64,000 nt of DNA from an uncultured delta proteobacterium. Its GTDB lineage: Bacteria > Myxococcota > Myxococcia > Myxococcales > Anaeromyxobacteraceae. This document shows, in pieces, positions 60,234-64,000 of this stretch (its first letter is position 1; the number at the start of each line of letters is the position of its first letter). The stretch is from positions 160,001 to 224,000 of the forward strand of contig CAWHDZ010000011.1 of the NCBI GenBank assembly GCA_963828255.1. Direction: 5' to 3'. The position numbers and the translations under genes are program-made. The notes under the pieces were generated by a model, which worked only from the letters and a program-made list of their open reading frames with translations, searched no databases and was not told the DNA's origin.

Positions 60234-61205
60234 CTAGCCCTCGACGGTGAAGACGCCCATGGCCCGGAACTTCTGGTAGCGCTGGCGCACCAGCTGCTCG
60301 GGGGTGAGCGCCTTCAGATCTGCGAGCTGGCGCCGGATGGCGCCGGCCAGGTTCTCGGCGGTGAGCCTGGGGTCGCGGTGCGCGCCGCCGGGCGCCTCCT
60401 TGATCAGCTCGTCCACGATGCCGAAGCCGGCCAGGTCCTTGGCGGTCAGCTTGAGGTTCTCCGCCGACTTCTGGGCCTTGGAGGCGTCGCGGTAGAGGAT
60501 CGAGCTGCAGCTCTCGGGGGAGATGACCGAGTAGGTGGAGTACTCGAGCATGAGGATCTTGTTGGTCACTCCCAGTGCAAGGGCCCCGCCCGAGCCGCCC
60601 TCCCCGATGACGATGGAGATGGAGGGAACCCCGAGCGACGACATCACCTCGAGGTTCACGGCGATGGCCTCGGCCTGGCCGCGCTCCTCGGCCCCGATGC
60701 CGGGGTAGGCGCCGGGGGTGTCGATGAAGGTGATGAGCGGCCGGCGGAACCGGTCGGCCATGTCGTAGAGCCGGCGCGCCTTGCGGTACCCCTCCGGCCG
60801 GGGCATGCCGAAGTTGCGCAGCATGTTCTCCTTGGTGCCGCGCCCCTTCTGCTCGCCGACGATCACCACCGGCTCGCCCTCGAAGCGGGCCAGCCCGGCC
60901 ACGATGGCGTGGTCGGCGCCGAAGCGGCGGTCCCCCTCCAGCTCCATCCAGTCGGTGAAGATCATCTGGAGGTAGTCGAGGGTGTAGGGACGGTTGGGGT
61001 GGCGGGCCAGCTGGACCACCTGCCAGCGGGAGAGATCGCGGAAGATCTCGGCCTGGAGCTTCTTGGCCTTGCGCTCCAGCTTGACGATCTCGTCGCTGAA
61101 ATCGACCCCGGCGCCGCCGGAGAGCTGCTTCAGCTCCTCGATCTTCGACTCGAGGGCGGCGAGGGGCTTCTCGAACTCTGTCGTGAACGGAACGCGGGTG
61201 GCCAC
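60234..61205 (-). CDS. accA: Acetyl-CoA carboxylase carboxyltransferase alpha subunit
   Basis: ARHPNRP, PEGYRKA, IDTPGAYPGIGAEERGQ, GEGGSGGAL. Confidence 0.97.
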   Translation of the reverse strand: MATRVPFTTEFEKPLAALESKIEELKQLSGGAGVDFSDEIVKLERKAKKLQAEIFRDLSRWQVVQLARHPNRPYTLDYLQMIFTDWMELEGDRRFGADHAIVAGLARFEGEPVVIVGEQKGRGTKENMLRNFGMPRPEGYRKARRLYDMADRFRRPLITFIDTPGAYPGIGAEERGQAEAIAVNLEVMSSLGVPSISIVIGEGGSGGALALGVTNKILMLEYSTYSVISPESCSSILYRDASKAQKSAENLKLTAKDLAGFGIVDELIKEAPGGAHRDPRLTAENLAGAIRRQLADLKALTPEQLVRQRYQKFRAMGVFTVEG

Positions 61206-61237
61206 GGCGACCGCTTATAACACGAGGGAGCCGGGAA

Positions 61238-62152
61238 TCACGGCGCACTGCGCAACGCGCGGGAGAGGCCGGCGGCGTCGAACGGCGGCGCGAGCCACTC
61301 CACGTCCTGCTCCCGCCGCAGCCAGATCACCTGCCTTCGGGCGTACCGGCGGTGGTGGAGCGCGATGCGCGCGGCCAGCTCCCCGGCGTCGATCTCCCCC
61401 CGGGCGCAGGCCACCGCGTCGGCGTAGCCGATGGGCAGGCGCGGGAGCGGCTCCTGGAAGCGGGAGAGCAGCGCACGGGCCTCGTCCACGATGCCGCCGC
61501 CGGCCATGGAGAGGGCCCGCTCCCCGATGCGCCGGTGCAGCTCCTCGCGGGGGACGTCGAGGGCGAGCAGCCGGTAGCGGTAGCGCCGCGGCGCGAAGCG
61601 GTGGGCCTCGAAGAGCTCGCTCTGCGTGCGCCCGCCGGCCGCGATCTCCAGGGCGCGCACGATGCGGACGAGGTCGTTCTCCCGGATGCGCGCGGCGGCG
61701 CGCGGATCCACCTCGGCGAGCCTCCGGTGCAGCGCGGGGCGCCCGTGGACCTGCGCCTCCTCCTCGAGCCGGGTGCGCAGGGCCGGGTCCCTCCCGGGCG
61801 CGTCCACAACGCCGTGCAGGAGCGCCCGGACGTAGAGCCCCGTCCCTCCGACCACGACGGGGAGCCTTCCGCGCGCCGACACCTCGGCGATGGCCGCGTC
61901 GGCGAGCGCCACCCACCGGGCCGCGTCCATCCCCTCCCCGGGCTCGACGAGGTCGAGCAGGTGGTGGGGAACGGTGGCGCGCTCCTCGGGGGTGGGCTTG
62001 GCCGTGCCCACGTCGAGGCCGCGGTAGACTTGCTGGGAGTCGGCGTTCAGGATCTCGCCACCGGCGAGACGCGCGATCTCGACGGCGAGGCGGGACTTGC
62101 CCGAGGCGGTGGGGCCGGCCAGGACGGCGACGAACGGGAGGGAGGCCGGCAT
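61238..62152 (-). CDS. miaA: tRNA dimethylallyltransferase
   Basis: GPTASGKS, DSQQVYRGLDVGTAKP, VGGTGLY, YARRQ. Confidence 0.96.
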   Translation of the reverse strand: MPASLPFVAVLAGPTASGKSRLAVEIARLAGGEILNADSQQVYRGLDVGTAKPTPEERATVPHHLLDLVEPGEGMDAARWVALADAAIAEVSARGRLPVVVGGTGLYVRALLHGVVDAPGRDPALRTRLEEEAQVHGRPALHRRLAEVDPRAAARIRENDLVRIVRALEIAAGGRTQSELFEAHRFAPRRYRYRLLALDVPREELHRRIGERALSMAGGGIVDEARALLSRFQEPLPRLPIGYADAVACARGEIDAGELAARIALHHRRYARRQVIWLRREQDVEWLAPPFDAAGLSRALRSAP

Positions 62153-62173
62153 GCCGGGGCCTTGTGCCCCGAC

Positions 62174-63427
62174 TCAGGCGGGGGTGGGACGGAAGCGCGC
62201 GGCGAGGTCGGAGAGCGCCACTGGCGTCTCCTCGCGCGTGACCATGTCCTTGAGCTTCGCCTGGCCGCTCGACGCCTCGTTGCCGCCGATGACCACGGCG
62301 TAGCGTGCGCCCACCCGCTCGGCCTGCTTGAACTGCCGGGCGAGCTTGCCCCCGCGCGCGTCGAGGTCGCAGGCCACCCCGGCACGGCGCAGGTCGGCGG
62401 CGCGGCGCATGGCCTCCCGCCGCCCGGCGTCGTCGGCCGAGACGAAGAAGACGACGGGGCGGGTCAACGGCACGGGCCGCCCGGCGGCCTCGAGGATGAG
62501 CGCGAGCCGCTCCTCCCCCATTCCGAACCCGATTCCGGGAGTGGGCGGCCCTCCCAGGGTCTCGACGAGGCCGTCGTAACGCCCTCCGCCGGCCACGGCC
62601 GACTGGGATCCCAGGGCGTCGCTGGTGAACTCGTAGGCGGTGCGGACGTAGTAATCGAGGCCGCGCACCAGGCGCGGGTTCACCTGGTAGGGCACGCCGA
62701 GGTCGTCGAGCCCCTGCCGGACCGCCTCGAAGTGGGCGCGGCAACCGTCGCAGAGCCGGGCGAGGAGCCGGGGCGCCTCGGCCAGCACCGGCTGGCAGGA
62801 GGGGACCTTGCAGTCGAGCACCCTGAGCGGATTGCGCTCGGTCCGCTCCCTGCAATCGGAGCAGAGGACGGCGCCGCGCTCGCGCAACCAGCCGCGCAGC
62901 TCCTCCAGGTAGGCGGGGCGGCAGGCCGCGTCGCCGACGCTGTTGACCTGCACCACCGGTGCGACCCCGAGCCTGCGGAACAGGTCGGCGAGCATGGCGA
63001 TCTGCTCCACGTCGACGTCCGGCTCGGCGATGCCGAAGGCCTCCACGCCGATCTGGTGGAACTGCCGGTAGCGCCCCTTCTGCGGCCGCTCGCGGCGGAA
63101 CATGGGGCCGACGTAGAACCACTTCTGCGGCCCTTCGACGTGGGCGCCGTGCTCGATGTAGGCGCGGACGGTCCCGGCGGTCCCCTCGGGACGGAGGGCG
63201 AGCTTCTCCTCCCCCTTGTCCTCGAAGACGTACATCTCCTTGTTGACGATGTCGGTCGCCTCGCCCACTCCGCGGGCGTAGAGGGCGTAGGGCTCGACGA
63301 CGGGCGTCCGGACCTCGCGGTAGCCATGCAGCGCGAAGACCTCGCGCGCCACCTGCTCGATCTCCTGCCAGCGGCCGACCGCCGCGGGCAGGATGTCGTT
63401 CATCCCCTTGACGCCGTTGATCTTCAC
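62174..63427 (-). CDS. hisS: Histidine--tRNA ligase
   Basis: KGMNDILP, LRPEGTA, FRRERPQKGRYRQFHQ, LVRGLDYY, GGGRYD. Confidence 0.98.
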   Translation of the reverse strand: MKINGVKGMNDILPAAVGRWQEIEQVAREVFALHGYREVRTPVVEPYALYARGVGEATDIVNKEMYVFEDKGEEKLALRPEGTAGTVRAYIEHGAHVEGPQKWFYVGPMFRRERPQKGRYRQFHQIGVEAFGIAEPDVDVEQIAMLADLFRRLGVAPVVQVNSVGDAACRPAYLEELRGWLRERGAVLCSDCRERTERNPLRVLDCKVPSCQPVLAEAPRLLARLCDGCRAHFEAVRQGLDDLGVPYQVNPRLVRGLDYYVRTAYEFTSDALGSQSAVAGGGRYDGLVETLGGPPTPGIGFGMGEERLALILEAAGRPVPLTRPVVFFVSADDAGRREAMRRAADLRRAGVACDLDARGGKLARQFKQAERVGARYAVVIGGNEASSGQAKLKDMVTREETPVALSDLAARFRPTPA

Positions 63428-63459
63428 GCGGGCCGTTCTAGACCACGGTTCCGCAGCGG

Positions 63460-64000
63460 TCAAACCGCGCGGCCGCCGATGGCCTCGCCCACCCGGACCC
63501 GGGCGCCCGGCACGAGCCCGGGAGCGAAGGCCACCCGCCCCGGCTCGAAGAGCAGGATCACGGTGGAGCCCATCTCGAAGGCCCCGAGTTCCTGCCCCTT
63601 CGCGACCGGGATGGGCGTGGCGTAGTCCCTGGCCTGCGCCCCGGCCCCGGCCAGGTTCGTCACCGGGACCTCGGGGTCGTAGCTGGCCCGCACCCGCCCC
63701 ACCACGGTGGCCCCGACCGCCACGATGGCGACGAGCCCGAGCGGCGAGTCGAGCAGCGTGACCAGCCGCTCGTTCACCGTGAAGAGCCCGGGCACGTTCT
63801 TCACCGAGGCCGCGTTCACCGGCCAGAGCTTCCCCGGGACGTAGCGCCAGCCCAGGACGCGCCCGGGGAGCGGGAAGTGGATGCGGTGGTAGTCCCGCGG
63901 CGAGAGGTAGAGCGTGGCGTAGCGGCCGCCCTCGAGCCGCGCCCCCACCCGCTCGTCGCCCACCAGGGCCGACGCGGTGTAGTCGATGCCCTTGGCCTGG
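63460..64000 (-). CDS. psd: Phosphatidylserine decarboxylase, 5' end outside window
   Basis: [29 protein letters not shown] self-cleavage motif. Confidence 0.93.
   Translation of the reverse strand, partial: QAKGIDYTASALVGDERVGARLEGGRYATLYLSPRDYHRIHFPLPGRVLGWRYVPGKLWPVNAASVKNVPGLFTVNERLVTLLDSPLGLVAIVAVGATVVGRVRASYDPEVPVTNLAGAGAQARDYATPIPVAKGQELGAFEMGSTVILLFEPGRVAFAPGLVPGARVRVGEAIGGRAV

Overview
High-GC bacterial chromosome window. Gene content and protein sequences point to Myxococcota, most likely Anaeromyxobacter-like (inference). It is mostly core genome: a tRNA-rpmG-secE-nusG-rplKAJL-rpoBC cluster with no tuf at the usual position, dnaK, ftsB plus a DmxA-like diguanylate cyclase, a Fur-boxed fur-feoB-small Cys-rich gene-DtxR/FeoA operon, clpX, truA, gap-pgk-tpiA-secG, argS, rpsA-ispH-cmk-hisC-accA-miaA-hisS-psd, and 7 tRNAs. 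No CRISPR array, integrase or transposase was seen. The most unusual part is a minus-strand sulfur-relay/ubiquitin-like-machinery cluster at about 39.3-43.9 kb (DsrE-like, ThiF/E1, TusA, second E1-like, JAMM protease, divergent APS kinase with a histone-like tail, LarE, RHH protein). Its two E1 genes have complementary defects, resembling the active and inactive halves of eukaryotic heterodimeric E1s, and no ubiquitin-like carrier is encoded beside them. Other points: a homopolymer frameshift in rlmB, many apparently leaderless genes, two sigma54 promoters, a possible H-NS-like protein, and a short sigma factor upstream of an SctL/FliH-like gene. All calls come from motif recognition by eye; no searches were run.
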